NCBI GenBank assembly: GCA_001825665.1
Contig: MHXZ01000078.1
Location: forward strand, 5,729-69,728
Direction of reading: 5' to 3'
Origin: Planctomycetes bacterium GWF2_41_51
GTDB taxonomy: Bacteria > Planctomycetota > Phycisphaerae > Sedimentisphaerales > UBA12454
DNA length: 64,000 nt
Shown: piece by piece, positions 1 to 8,701 of the stretch
Layout: every line of letters begins with the position of its first letter
How positions within the stretch are numbered: the stretch's first letter is position 1
Made by a program: the position numbers and the translations under genes
The notes under the pieces: generated by a model
Seen by the model: the letters and a program-made list of their open reading frames with translations, nothing else
The model's database searches: none
Told to the model about the DNA's origin: nothing

Positions 1-1
1 A

Positions 2-724
2 ATCGTAATGAGCGACGAAGGCGCTTACGAAAGAGGAATCAGTGCAACTGTTATTTATACCGACTTACCAATCGGACTGTCTTTTGAGGCAGGATACGAC
101 ATACATGGTAAACACAGCGGCGTTGTTACGAAAGTTACAGGTCAGAATATAGAGGAAATAGACGGCAGGCCGGCAATGACTGTTTACAATGAATGGATGG
201 ACGGCGAAATAGAAAGACTGGCCAAAAAAGAGATGAAAAAACCTGCCGAGATAGAAGCATTCTTAGCACTGCACCCGTTTTATCGAAAACTCACCTCGTC
301 TGAGGGACAGGATTATTATCTTTTTACGCGTCCGTGGCCCAAAGATCCGAGCCTGGTGAACAAATTCATACAAACAAATACTAAAATTATGCCTCAGGAA
401 AAAATATATATCAGCCATGGTACATGGGATACATTGATGAACCGAATGGGTATTGTCGCATCCAGCGCCAAGATGCACTGCGGATTAGAACCGGCAGATA
501 AACCACTCCTGGTAATAGGAGTCATCTGTGACGGCATGATGGGCTGTATCCCTGAAGAGGAAAAGAGCAAATTTCCATACTTGATAAATTATTCTACAGG
601 CAGCGACTGTACTATTGCGGCTTTTACATCAGGTGAACAGGGGCATTTCCCGGGTGTAGGCAACAGGCACGGTAATCTTGCCACTTCGTTCCTCGTTATT
701 GGTTCAGGGAAAAAAAATAAATGA
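2..724 (+). CDS. FIST-domain sensor protein, C-terminal part (probably 5'-truncated by window edge)
   Basis: Frame is open back to base 2. The sequence resembles a FIST_C-type module. The stop overlaps the start of the downstream kinase (ATGA at 721-724). Confidence 0.55.
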   Translation: MVMSDEGAYERGISATVIYTDLPIGLSFEAGYDIHGKHSGVVTKVTGQNIEEIDGRPAMTVYNEWMDGEIERLAKKEMKKPAEIEAFLALHPFYRKLTSSEGQDYYLFTRPWPKDPSLVNKFIQTNTKIMPQEKIYISHGTWDTLMNRMGIVASSAKMHCGLEPADKPLLVIGVICDGMMGCIPEEEKSKFPYLINYSTGSDCTIAAFTSGEQGHFPGVGNRHGNLATSFLVIGSGKKNK

Positions 725-2211
725 AACTTTTCTGGAAAATATACTCAGCAGTTTTTATATGCTTTCTGTTGATAGTAACGGGCATGTCGGCATTTATAAT
801 CAAAAGCCAGATTGCCAATGCTACAGATTCCATGATTAAACTTCAAAAAACTGTGGGGGCGATAATGATTGATGAAGTTGAGAAGGGATATCTCGTCAAT
901 AAATTGCCGTTTCAGAGTTTAAAATTTCTTACAGAATATGAAAGTTTTTCGTTCTGGTGGATTGTAAAGCCAAACGGAAAAGTATATCTGGCAGATGATG
1001 TAAAATCCATCGGTATTGAGGCGTTTGAAGAAATACCACAAGTCTCCGGCTCAATCGGCGATGATGCTATTTCCGTAATAGGAAAAGATAAAATTGTATT
1101 TATAAAAACATTTGGGTACGGTACAAACAAAATGAGTTTTTGGCTTGGATTTACCACTAAAGATATACAAGCAGCGAAAAACAGAATCATACCCACTACA
1201 ATCACCTGTGCTTTTGCATCAATGATCGTACTTGGCCTGATGATTTACTTTGTTATAAATCATTTTATAATGCCGATACAAAAATTAACGGTTGCGGCAG
1301 GAAAAATCGGCAGCGGCCAGTTTGATTGTAAAGTGGATAACCAGTCAAATGATGAAATCGGATTGCTTACCGATGCTTTTAACAAAATGATGGTGGATTT
1401 AAAGCAAACCACAACATCGATGGATAAACTAAATCATGAAATCGGGGAACGCAAACATGCAGAAGAAACAATGAAACGACTCAATGAAAACCTTGAGGAA
1501 GCAAATAATGAAATGAAACACTTTGTATATATCGCATCGCATGATTTACGTGAGCCGCTGAGAAAAATTACCGCTTTCGGGGCGATTCTCGAAAAATCAC
1601 TTAAAGACAAACTTGACTCTGAAGACGCAACGAACTTCCATTATATGATTGACGGCGCAAAACGAATGAGTCAGATGATAGACGGACTGCTGAGTTATTC
1701 GCGTATAAATACGAAAGGACAGGAGTGGAAAAATATTGAACTTGATAAAACTATCAATGAACTGAACCGATTTGAATTGGGAGTTTTACTTGAAGAAACG
1801 CATACAAAGATAAATATTCCGGAGCCGCTGCCGAGCATAAAAGCTGACCCTGTGCAGATGAGACAGCTTATGCAAAATATTATTGCCAATGGTGTGAAAT
1901 ATCAAAAGAAAGGCAACATACCTGAAATAACGATTACAAGCAAACCTGCGGCAAATAATATGATTAGAATAGAAATAACTGATAACGGAATCGGCATTGC
2001 GCCGGAATATCAGCAGGCGGTATTTACAATGTTCAAACGACTTCACTCACGAAGCGAATACGAAGGTACAGGCATCGGGCTTTCGGTATGCAAAAAAATA
2101 GTCGAACGTCACGGCGGGCAAATCGGGGTGGAATCGCAGACGGGCAAAGGCTCGACATTCTGGTTTACCGTCCCGGCTGCTACAGCATTAATCGGCGCTG
2201 AAACATCCTGA
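721..2211 (+). CDS. sensor histidine kinase (N-terminal TM, periplasmic domain, second TM, HAMP, HisKA, HATPase_c)
   Basis: HAMP-like segment IMPIQKLTVAAGKIGSGQFD...DEIGLLTDAFNKMM; H-box FVYIASHDLREPL; ATPase motifs DNGIGI and GTGIGLSVCKKIVERHGG. Confidence 0.9.
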   Translation: MKLFWKIYSAVFICFLLIVTGMSAFIIKSQIANATDSMIKLQKTVGAIMIDEVEKGYLVNKLPFQSLKFLTEYESFSFWWIVKPNGKVYLADDVKSIGIEAFEEIPQVSGSIGDDAISVIGKDKIVFIKTFGYGTNKMSFWLGFTTKDIQAAKNRIIPTTITCAFASMIVLGLMIYFVINHFIMPIQKLTVAAGKIGSGQFDCKVDNQSNDEIGLLTDAFNKMMVDLKQTTTSMDKLNHEIGERKHAEETMKRLNENLEEANNEMKHFVYIASHDLREPLRKITAFGAILEKSLKDKLDSEDATNFHYMIDGAKRMSQMIDGLLSYSRINTKGQEWKNIELDKTINELNRFELGVLLEETHTKINIPEPLPSIKADPVQMRQLMQNIIANGVKYQKKGNIPEITITSKPAANNMIRIEITDNGIGIAPEYQQAVFTMFKRLHSRSEYEGTGIGLSVCKKIVERHGGQIGVESQTGKGSTFWFTVPAATALIGAETS

Positions 2212-2251
2212 TTTTTCTTATCCTCAATTTTGTCAAAATGGCAGTTTAGAC

Positions 2252-2264
2252 TGCAAAATTTGCA
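2252..2264 (+). promoter_or_regulatory. palindrome TGCAAA-N-TTTGCA, candidate enhancer-binding-protein (UAS) site
   Basis: Perfect 6-1-6 palindrome about 85 nt upstream of the sigma54 -24 element. The TTTGCA half-site recurs at 2292-2297. Confidence 0.3.
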
Positions 2265-2338
2265 ACCATTCCAAAGCTAAAGCCCCATAAATTTGCATAA
2301 ATTCCTCGCAAACTTTAAGTTATAAAACTTCGTATGAA

Positions 2339-2355
2339 TTGGCACGGAGTTTGCT
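2339..2355 (+). promoter_or_regulatory. sigma54 (-24/-12) promoter for hsp20
   Basis: TTGGCACGGAGTTTGCT matches the consensus YTGGCACG-N4-TTGCW, with correct GG/GC spacing, 64 nt upstream of the hsp20 ATG. Confidence 0.7.
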
Positions 2356-2418
2356 TTTTGTACTATAGAAAAATAAAAAAATTAAGATTAGAGAAAATGA
2401 TTTTGAAAGGAGTTAGTT

Positions 2419-2916
2419 ATGGCACTTGAAAATTTCAATCCGTTAAAGAAGAAGGGGCAGCTTGCGACAAGGCGGGAACCTGAAAATCCGTTTTTCGCGC
2501 TGCAGCACAGAATGAATCGTATGTTCGATGATTTTCTCGGCGAACCGTTTGACCTTTTTGGTACTGCTGCCAAGGCAAATATGTTTATGCCGCAGATGAA
2601 CGTAAGTGAAACGGAAAAAGAAATTATTGTTACTGCTGATTTGCCTGGCGTTGAGGAAAAAGACCTCGATATTTCCATTACTAAAGATGAATTGACAATT
2701 AAGGGTGAAAAGAAATCCGAAACAGAAGAAAAGGGAAAAGATTTTTACAGGATGGAAAGGTCTTACGGCTCGTTCAGCAGGACAGTAATGCTGCCGCAGG
2801 GAATCGATGAAAGCAAAATAAACGCCGAACTAAAGAAAGGCGTGCTTAAACTTACGATTCCAAAGAGTGCTGAAGCTGCCGCCGAACGAAAGAAAATTCA
2901 GATTAAAACTGAATAA
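2419..2916 (+). CDS. Hsp20 / alpha-crystallin family small heat-shock protein
   Basis: 165 aa with an alpha-crystallin core (VTADLPGVEEKDLDISI...GVLKLTIPK). AGGAG ribosome-binding site upstream. Confidence 0.95.
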   Translation: MALENFNPLKKKGQLATRREPENPFFALQHRMNRMFDDFLGEPFDLFGTAAKANMFMPQMNVSETEKEIIVTADLPGVEEKDLDISITKDELTIKGEKKSETEEKGKDFYRMERSYGSFSRTVMLPQGIDESKINAELKKGVLKLTIPKSAEAAAERKKIQIKTE

Positions 2917-2937
2917 GTAATGTATTATTTTTTTTCG

Positions 2938-2970
2938 AAACGCCTCGGTTTTTTGCCGGGGCGTTTTTTT
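2938..2970 (+). terminator. rho-independent terminator after hsp20
   Basis: Stem AAACGCCTCGG / CCGGGGCGTTT (one G-U pair), 7-nt loop, then a T-run. The T-run overlaps the stop of the convergent U32 gene. Confidence 0.75.
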
Positions 2971-4216
2971 ATGTATTAATTCTTCTTAAAATTGAATAGG
3001 TGGGCAATTTCTGCTCGATAATAATTTTTTGCGGATTGTTTATAAATTCCGCTGATTGGCTGTCGATGGTTTTTAAAGGATTCGGCATTGTGATTTCAGA
3101 GATTTCGCCGGTTGGTGTGAGGACTTCGAGTTTTTCGCCGGCGAACATTTTATTTCTGACGTGGCAGATGCTGCCATTTTCGATTTGCTCATCAACGATA
3201 TCGCCGACGAAAACCGCACCTGATTTCGATTGGCTTTTTTCTGTGCTGTAATCATTCGGCGTAATTGAGCCTTTCATAAAACCTGTCGTGTATCCTCTGT
3301 TTTTGACCCTGCTTAGTAATTTCAGACATTCCTCGGTGCTGATTTTTTTGCCGTCGAGTAATTGCCGATAAAGCGAAACAACTGAAGCGATGTAATGAAC
3401 GGATTTCATTCTGCCTTCGATTTTGAAAGAATTGATTCCAATGTCTTTGAGCTGTTCAATGTAATCGAACAATGCGAGGTCTTTGCTGTTGAAAAGATAC
3501 TGGCCTCTTTCGTCCTCGAAAACGGGAATAAATTCGCCCGGTCTTGATTCCTCAACCAATGAATATCCCCATCTGCAAGGATGAGTACATTCGCCGCGGT
3601 TGGCTTTTCGGCCGGTGAGATAATCGCTGATTGCGCATCTGCCGGAGTATGAAAAACAAACCGCGCCGTGAACGAAAACCTCAAGTTCGATGCCGCTGTC
3701 CTTTGTGTCTTGGCGAATCTGTTTTATCTGCTCAAAAGATAATTCGCGGGCGAGATTTACTCTTGCTGCGCCTAACTGACGATAAGCGAGGACGGTCTGG
3801 CTGCTGGTGGTATTTGCCTGGGTGCTGACGTGGACAGGGATTTTAATATCCGCCTTTTTCAGTTCAAAAATAAGACCGATATCAGCGACAATAAGGGCAT
3901 CGGCGCTAATTTCGCTTAATTGGCCGGCAATTTCGATTAATTTTTCATATTCATCGCTAAAAGGATAAATATTCAGCGTAACAAAGCCTTTTTTGCCGTT
4001 TTTGTGCAAAAAATCGAGACCTTTGGCGGCATCATTGAGCGTTAAATTGCCTGCGTAAGCGCGCAAAGAGCCGAATTCTGTGCCGAAATAAACGCTGTCG
4101 GCGCCATAATGCGCAGCCCAGATAAGTTTTTCGAGAGTTCCGCCGGGGGCAGTAAGTTCAGGTTTAAATTGTGGTTCTTTCATATTCCAATCATAGAAAA
4201 TTATTAGTATATTCAA
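2969..4216 (-). CDS. peptidase U32 family protein (RlhA/TrhP/UbiU-like)
   Basis: U32 signature EVFVHGAVCFSYSGRCAIS. The start is uncertain: TTG at 4216 or ATG at 4183. Confidence 0.88.
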   Translation of the reverse strand: MNILIIFYDWNMKEPQFKPELTAPGGTLEKLIWAAHYGADSVYFGTEFGSLRAYAGNLTLNDAAKGLDFLHKNGKKGFVTLNIYPFSDEYEKLIEIAGQLSEISADALIVADIGLIFELKKADIKIPVHVSTQANTTSSQTVLAYRQLGAARVNLARELSFEQIKQIRQDTKDSGIELEVFVHGAVCFSYSGRCAISDYLTGRKANRGECTHPCRWGYSLVEESRPGEFIPVFEDERGQYLFNSKDLALFDYIEQLKDIGINSFKIEGRMKSVHYIASVVSLYRQLLDGKKISTEECLKLLSRVKNRGYTTGFMKGSITPNDYSTEKSQSKSGAVFVGDIVDEQIENGSICHVRNKMFAGEKLEVLTPTGEISEITMPNPLKTIDSQSAEFINNPQKIIIEQKLPTYSILRRINT

Positions 4217-4338
4217 CTAATTAACATAAAAAAGCAAAATTTTTTGTTGAATATTGGTTCGGTTAGTTGATAATATCCGGTTCGGTTTTTTTAAAATTTT
4301 ATAGAGATGATTTTCATCTTAGAAATTAAGGAGCGTTC

Positions 4339-5073
4339 ATGGGAACAGTGCTCAATGCTCTGGTAAAACTTCAAAGTGTAGAAAACAATTTAAGAGCGGC
4401 CAAGGCCAAACTTGCCCGAAGCCGTCGCAACGTAATCTTAAAGGAAAATCAACTCCGTACTCTCCAAAATTCTCTGGCGGCCAAGCAGGAAGAGATTCAA
4501 CTAACAAAAATTCAGGCAGACCGGCTCGAACTCGAGCTAAAAAGCGTCGATGAGACTCTTGCCAAATATCGGGCAGCTTTAAATATTGCAAAAAGCAACA
4601 AGGAATATTCTGCGATACTGACCGAACTGAATACGACAAAGGCCGACAGCAGCAAGGTCGAAAGCCAGACTCTCGAACTGATGAAGAACATCGAAGCCGA
4701 CCAGACACAATGCGAGTTGATTAAGCAGCAAATCGAAGCTGCCAAAAACGAACTCAACGATATTCGCAAACAAAGCGAGGAACAAGGCAAAAAATTCGAA
4801 GCGGAGATAGCGGAAATCGAAAATCAATGGCAGCAGTCGGCAAAAGATGTACCCGGCGAAGCGCTTGATACTTTCAAGAGAGTTGCCGAGACTTACGACG
4901 GCGAAGCATTGGCGGAAATCGAAGTGCAGGACCACAGGAGCGGAATTTACACCTGCGGCGGATGCTTTATGAGCCTGACTACTGAAACAGCGAACACGCT
5001 TATGAGCAAGGATGAAATTATACGCTGCCCGAACTGTACGCGAATTTTGTTTCTCAAGGACTCGGAGAGCTGA
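4339..5073 (+). CDS. coiled-coil protein with C-terminal C4 zinc ribbon (COG1579/DUF164-like)
   Basis: Long heptad-rich N-terminus followed by CGGC...CPNC at the C-terminus. AAGGAG ribosome-binding site. Confidence 0.8.
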   Translation: MGTVLNALVKLQSVENNLRAAKAKLARSRRNVILKENQLRTLQNSLAAKQEEIQLTKIQADRLELELKSVDETLAKYRAALNIAKSNKEYSAILTELNTTKADSSKVESQTLELMKNIEADQTQCELIKQQIEAAKNELNDIRKQSEEQGKKFEAEIAEIENQWQQSAKDVPGEALDTFKRVAETYDGEALAEIEVQDHRSGIYTCGGCFMSLTTETANTLMSKDEIIRCPNCTRILFLKDSES

Positions 5074-5077
5074 GGGT

Positions 5078-6139
5078 TTGGTTGATACCATAACCATTTT
5101 TACAGACGGAGGAAGCAGAGGCAATCCCGGCCCTGCGGCAGGCGCATTCGTTCTATTCGATGAAAATAAAAAACAACTCTGCGCAATGGCGAAATTTCTT
5201 CCTCGTGCCACAAATAATGTAGCTGAATACACGGGCCTTTTGACCGCACTTGAAAAAGCTGTTGCGCTTAAAGCCAAAAATGTAAAAATCTACAGCGACA
5301 GCGAATTGATGGTAAGGCAAATCAACGGTGAATATAAAGTCAAAAACGAAAATCTAAGAGAGCTTTACCTTCAATGCAAAAGTCTTCTCGATAATTTCTC
5401 TAAATGGGAAATAAAACACATCTTCCGTGATAAAAACACAAAAGCGGATAATCTTGTCAACCGCGCTCTTGATCTCAGGATTGATATTGAAGATGAAGCC
5501 AAAGCTGAAATAGATTCACAATCGAATCATTTGCGGCTGGGAGTCCTCATAAGCGGCGGCGGAAGAACGCTGATGAATATTCAGGATTTGATAAAGCAAA
5601 AAAAACTCAATGCGGAAGTTTCGATAGTGATTTCATCCCGCTCGGATAGTGCGGGAGTGGAAAGAGTCAAAAAAGCCGGACTGCCGCTTGAGATAGTCAG
5701 GAGAAAAGATTTTCCAGAAGTTGAAAGTTTCAGCAAACAAATCAGCGACATTTTAATCAAGGCAAGAGTAAATCTTGTCATACAGGCAGGGTGGCTTTGT
5801 CTTTGGAATATTCCGAGCGAACTGGAAAATAAGGTTATGAATATTCACCCGGCGCTTTTGCCTGCTTTCGGCGGCCAGGGGATGTGGGGGCATCACGTTC
5901 ATGAGGCTGTTATTAAAGCAGGATGCAAAGTTTCAGGCTGCACGGTTCATTTCTGCACCAACGAATACGACAAAGGGCCAATCATTATTCAGCGAACATG
6001 CCCGGTCAAAGACGATGACACGCCTGACACTCTGGCGGCAAGAGTTTTTGAGCAGGAATGCATAGCTTATCCTGAAGCGGTGAAGCTTTTCGCGGCGGGC
6101 AAGCTGTTCGTCCGGGGCAACAGAGTATTGACAAAATAG
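5078..6139 (+). CDS. fusion protein: RNase H (RNase HI-like) domain + phosphoribosylglycinamide formyltransferase (PurN) domain
   Basis: N-terminal part has TDGGSRGNPG, NNVAEY, YSDSE and KADNLVN (DEDD residues). C-terminal part has GVLISGGGRTL, NIHPALLPAFGG and GCTVHF. Start taken as TTG 5078, just after the stop of the upstream gene; the track's ATG 5012 would overlap that gene by 62 nt. Confidence 0.8.
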   Translation: MVDTITIFTDGGSRGNPGPAAGAFVLFDENKKQLCAMAKFLPRATNNVAEYTGLLTALEKAVALKAKNVKIYSDSELMVRQINGEYKVKNENLRELYLQCKSLLDNFSKWEIKHIFRDKNTKADNLVNRALDLRIDIEDEAKAEIDSQSNHLRLGVLISGGGRTLMNIQDLIKQKKLNAEVSIVISSRSDSAGVERVKKAGLPLEIVRRKDFPEVESFSKQISDILIKARVNLVIQAGWLCLWNIPSELENKVMNIHPALLPAFGGQGMWGHHVHEAVIKAGCKVSGCTVHFCTNEYDKGPIIIQRTCPVKDDDTPDTLAARVFEQECIAYPEAVKLFAAGKLFVRGNRVLTK

Positions 6140-6162
6140 GTCATTTATTATATATTATATAA

Positions 6163-6633
6163 GTGAACATTCGTCAAAGAAAACTCGTCGCCAACATAGT
6201 TATAGTGTTGTTTTTTACGATAGCTATGATTGTCGGTTTCGCAAACATTAAAGATAAAATAAATCGCTCAGAATCAATTCGTGCCATGGAACTGCTTGGT
6301 AAAGAGGTTCTTCAATACCGCAAAGACTTCGGCTCACTTCCAAATGAATCCTATATTCTTCAAATTAAAGAAAAGATTGGCGCGGTTCGACTGGGTCAGG
6401 TTCAGTATAGAGCTGCGTGGATAGAATACGGATCACCTCCTGAGACAACTATTCTTGCGTACGCAAAAAAGGATTATTCAGGTTTTTCCGACGATGGATA
6501 TGTCGTGCTCTGGCTTGATGGCAGGGTCGAATGGAACGCCAAAGAAAAATTCGAAAAAATTCTTACCGAGCAGCAGAAGCAATTGGAAATTCAATGGCTT
6601 CAAGAGCATTTGCGAAACGAGAGAAAGTTTTAA
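6163..6633 (+). CDS. hypothetical membrane-anchored protein
   Basis: One N-terminal TM helix (VANIVIVLFFTIAMIVGFANI). GTG start. No recognisable domain. Confidence 0.45.
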   Translation: MNIRQRKLVANIVIVLFFTIAMIVGFANIKDKINRSESIRAMELLGKEVLQYRKDFGSLPNESYILQIKEKIGAVRLGQVQYRAAWIEYGSPPETTILAYAKKDYSGFSDDGYVVLWLDGRVEWNAKEKFEKILTEQQKQLEIQWLQEHLRNERKF

Positions 6634-6643
6634 ATAAAATTTA

Positions 6644-7768
6644 TTACCGCATCCCGAACATTTGTTCTTTAAGGTCAAGATAATAGAAATAATCTTCCTG
6701 TTTCACATTCGGCGGGCATCTGTGATCGCAAAACGGAATATAACCGCCCCTCTCAACATAAGGCACAAGCGATTCCATATATTTCTTTATCGCAGCTTTT
6801 CCTTCACCAAGCGCCATCTTATCGAAACCGCCCATTATTCGAAGCTCTTTGCCGTACTCGTCAAGCAGTCTTCCGGGGTGCGTACAGCAATTGACTTCAA
6901 ACGGGAACAGACAGTTAATTCCGCTTTCGAGCAGCAGCGGCAATATCGGCCTTACATCGCCATCGCAATCTGTAAACCATATATCTATGCCGTGTGCCTT
7001 TAATTTTTTATTGATTCGCTTATATCGCGGTACTACAACATTTTTGAAGAAATCGACTGAAACAATTGGGCCGGATTTGAAACATATATCCTCCCATCCG
7101 CTGGCAAAATCAAAATCAATTTTCCCGAGCACCTGGTCAAGAGAATGTTCAACGAGCCGGCAGCAGGTTTCCACCATATCCTCTAACATCTCAGGATAAT
7201 CATAAACAGCATAAGCAACGCCTTCGAAGGTAAGCATATCTCTAATTTTGCCAATCATTGAGCCGCAATCTACGCCAAGCGGGTAGTCGCGGTTTTCGGG
7301 ATGAAGTTTTTTCAAATTTTCAACGTCGATTTTTCTTTCGGGGATGTCGATTTGAAATCTCTCATCCTTTATTTTCTTCCAATCGTCAGGATTATTAATT
7401 GACGATTTCATATAATGCGGGATGGTGTCGTGGCCGTCTTTAGGGACTTCTGCGGTCAGGCCGTCTCTGTTCATCACGATTTTTGTGGAGGAGGTTTCTT
7501 CGATAACAGTGTTATTGCCGAAATCCGGAAGCAGCCAATTTTTTCCGCCGAAAATCTGAATCACATCGAAATTGAAAAGTTCATGGGCCTGGTCGTTGGA
7601 TGTAATATTGTTATCGATAAAAACCTGCCATGCTGTAAAATTTTCCTTCCAATATCCGAATTCCATATTGAAACAGCGGTCTGTCGGCAAATAATGCATC
7701 TGGTTTATAAAACGCTGCCTGTCAGTCATTGCGGACTTCCATTTTTTTCTTATCGGAACTATACTCAT
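6644..7768 (-). CDS. uroporphyrinogen decarboxylase (URO-D) family protein, MtaA/CmuA-like
   Basis: 374 aa with URO-D-like C-terminal region (GGFDKMAL...IPFCDHRCPPNV). Divergent from an AraC regulator. Confidence 0.6.
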   Translation of the reverse strand: MSIVPIRKKWKSAMTDRQRFINQMHYLPTDRCFNMEFGYWKENFTAWQVFIDNNITSNDQAHELFNFDVIQIFGGKNWLLPDFGNNTVIEETSSTKIVMNRDGLTAEVPKDGHDTIPHYMKSSINNPDDWKKIKDERFQIDIPERKIDVENLKKLHPENRDYPLGVDCGSMIGKIRDMLTFEGVAYAVYDYPEMLEDMVETCCRLVEHSLDQVLGKIDFDFASGWEDICFKSGPIVSVDFFKNVVVPRYKRINKKLKAHGIDIWFTDCDGDVRPILPLLLESGINCLFPFEVNCCTHPGRLLDEYGKELRIMGGFDKMALGEGKAAIKKYMESLVPYVERGGYIPFCDHRCPPNVKQEDYFYYLDLKEQMFGMR

Positions 7769-7885
7769 AAAGCACCTTTAAAAAGACTTGCATTTAACTT
7801 AGATATATTGTTATGATAATATATGTTATATTGAATAAAAGTCGTTTTTACTTAATTTTATTGCCATTTACTTTGAAATATTGCT

Positions 7886-8701
7886 ATGTTAAAAATAGGC
7901 GGAAATATAAGAAATTATTTCGTTTCCCAAATTTATGGCGATATTCCCGGGCTTTGCATCTCGTCGTGCGGACACTGGAATGTAACTGACCATGTTCTTG
8001 AAAACAGAACCCGCAGCGATTACCTGATTATATATTGTGTAAATGGAAGCGGAACATACATCGAAGGCAAGAGAGAATATCAAATAAAAAAGGGCATGAT
8101 TTTTGCCGCACATCCCGATATCGTTCACAGCTACTGGAGCGGCGAACAGGGATGGGAAATATGGTATTGCCATTTTGCAGGAGATATTGCGGGCAAACTG
8201 CTGCAATGGGCGGGATTTAATGCTATGTCGCCGGTTATTCAGATGGGAATAAAAAAACCGCTTCTGAAAACATTCGAGGAAATCATAACTGCAACCGTCG
8301 AGAAAAAAATAAATTGCGAAATCGATACTTCATGGCTGCTTTACCGATTGCTTCTGCAAATTAAAACCTGCACAATATCAGAACGAATGAACAAAACAGG
8401 AATACAGGAAGCTCTTGATGCACATGCAGATAATATAGATGAAATGGCAAAATGCGCAGGCATGTCGAAATATCATTTTATCAGGGAATTTAAAAAGGCC
8501 ATAGGAATCACGCCCTGGCAATATATTATTCAGCGTAAAATCACTCGAGCAAAAGAACTCCTGCACAATCGCAGCAAAACGATAAAACAGATTGCGTATG
8601 AAACCGGCTTTAAGGACCCTGATTATTTTTCTACAACATTCAAAAAATTCACAGGGTACAGGCCGGGAGATTTCAGGAATACTTTGGATTATTCCAGATA
8701 A
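7886..8701 (+). CDS. AraC family transcriptional regulator (cupin + HTH)
   Basis: C-terminal AraC HTH (MSKYHFIREFKKAIGITPWQYIIQRKITRAKELL...IAYETGFKDPDYFSTTFKKFTGYRP). Confidence 0.88.
   Translation: MLKIGGNIRNYFVSQIYGDIPGLCISSCGHWNVTDHVLENRTRSDYLIIYCVNGSGTYIEGKREYQIKKGMIFAAHPDIVHSYWSGEQGWEIWYCHFAGDIAGKLLQWAGFNAMSPVIQMGIKKPLLKTFEEIITATVEKKINCEIDTSWLLYRLLLQIKTCTISERMNKTGIQEALDAHADNIDEMAKCAGMSKYHFIREFKKAIGITPWQYIIQRKITRAKELLHNRSKTIKQIAYETGFKDPDYFSTTFKKFTGYRPGDFRNTLDYSR

Noticed and set aside
5012-5077. ATG 5012 as the start of the RNase H-PurN gene
   Set aside because: It would overlap the upstream zinc-ribbon gene by 62 nt and add a non-homologous basic tail. TTG 5078 lies just before the conserved ..ITIFTDGG RNase H N-terminus. 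The start remains uncertain.
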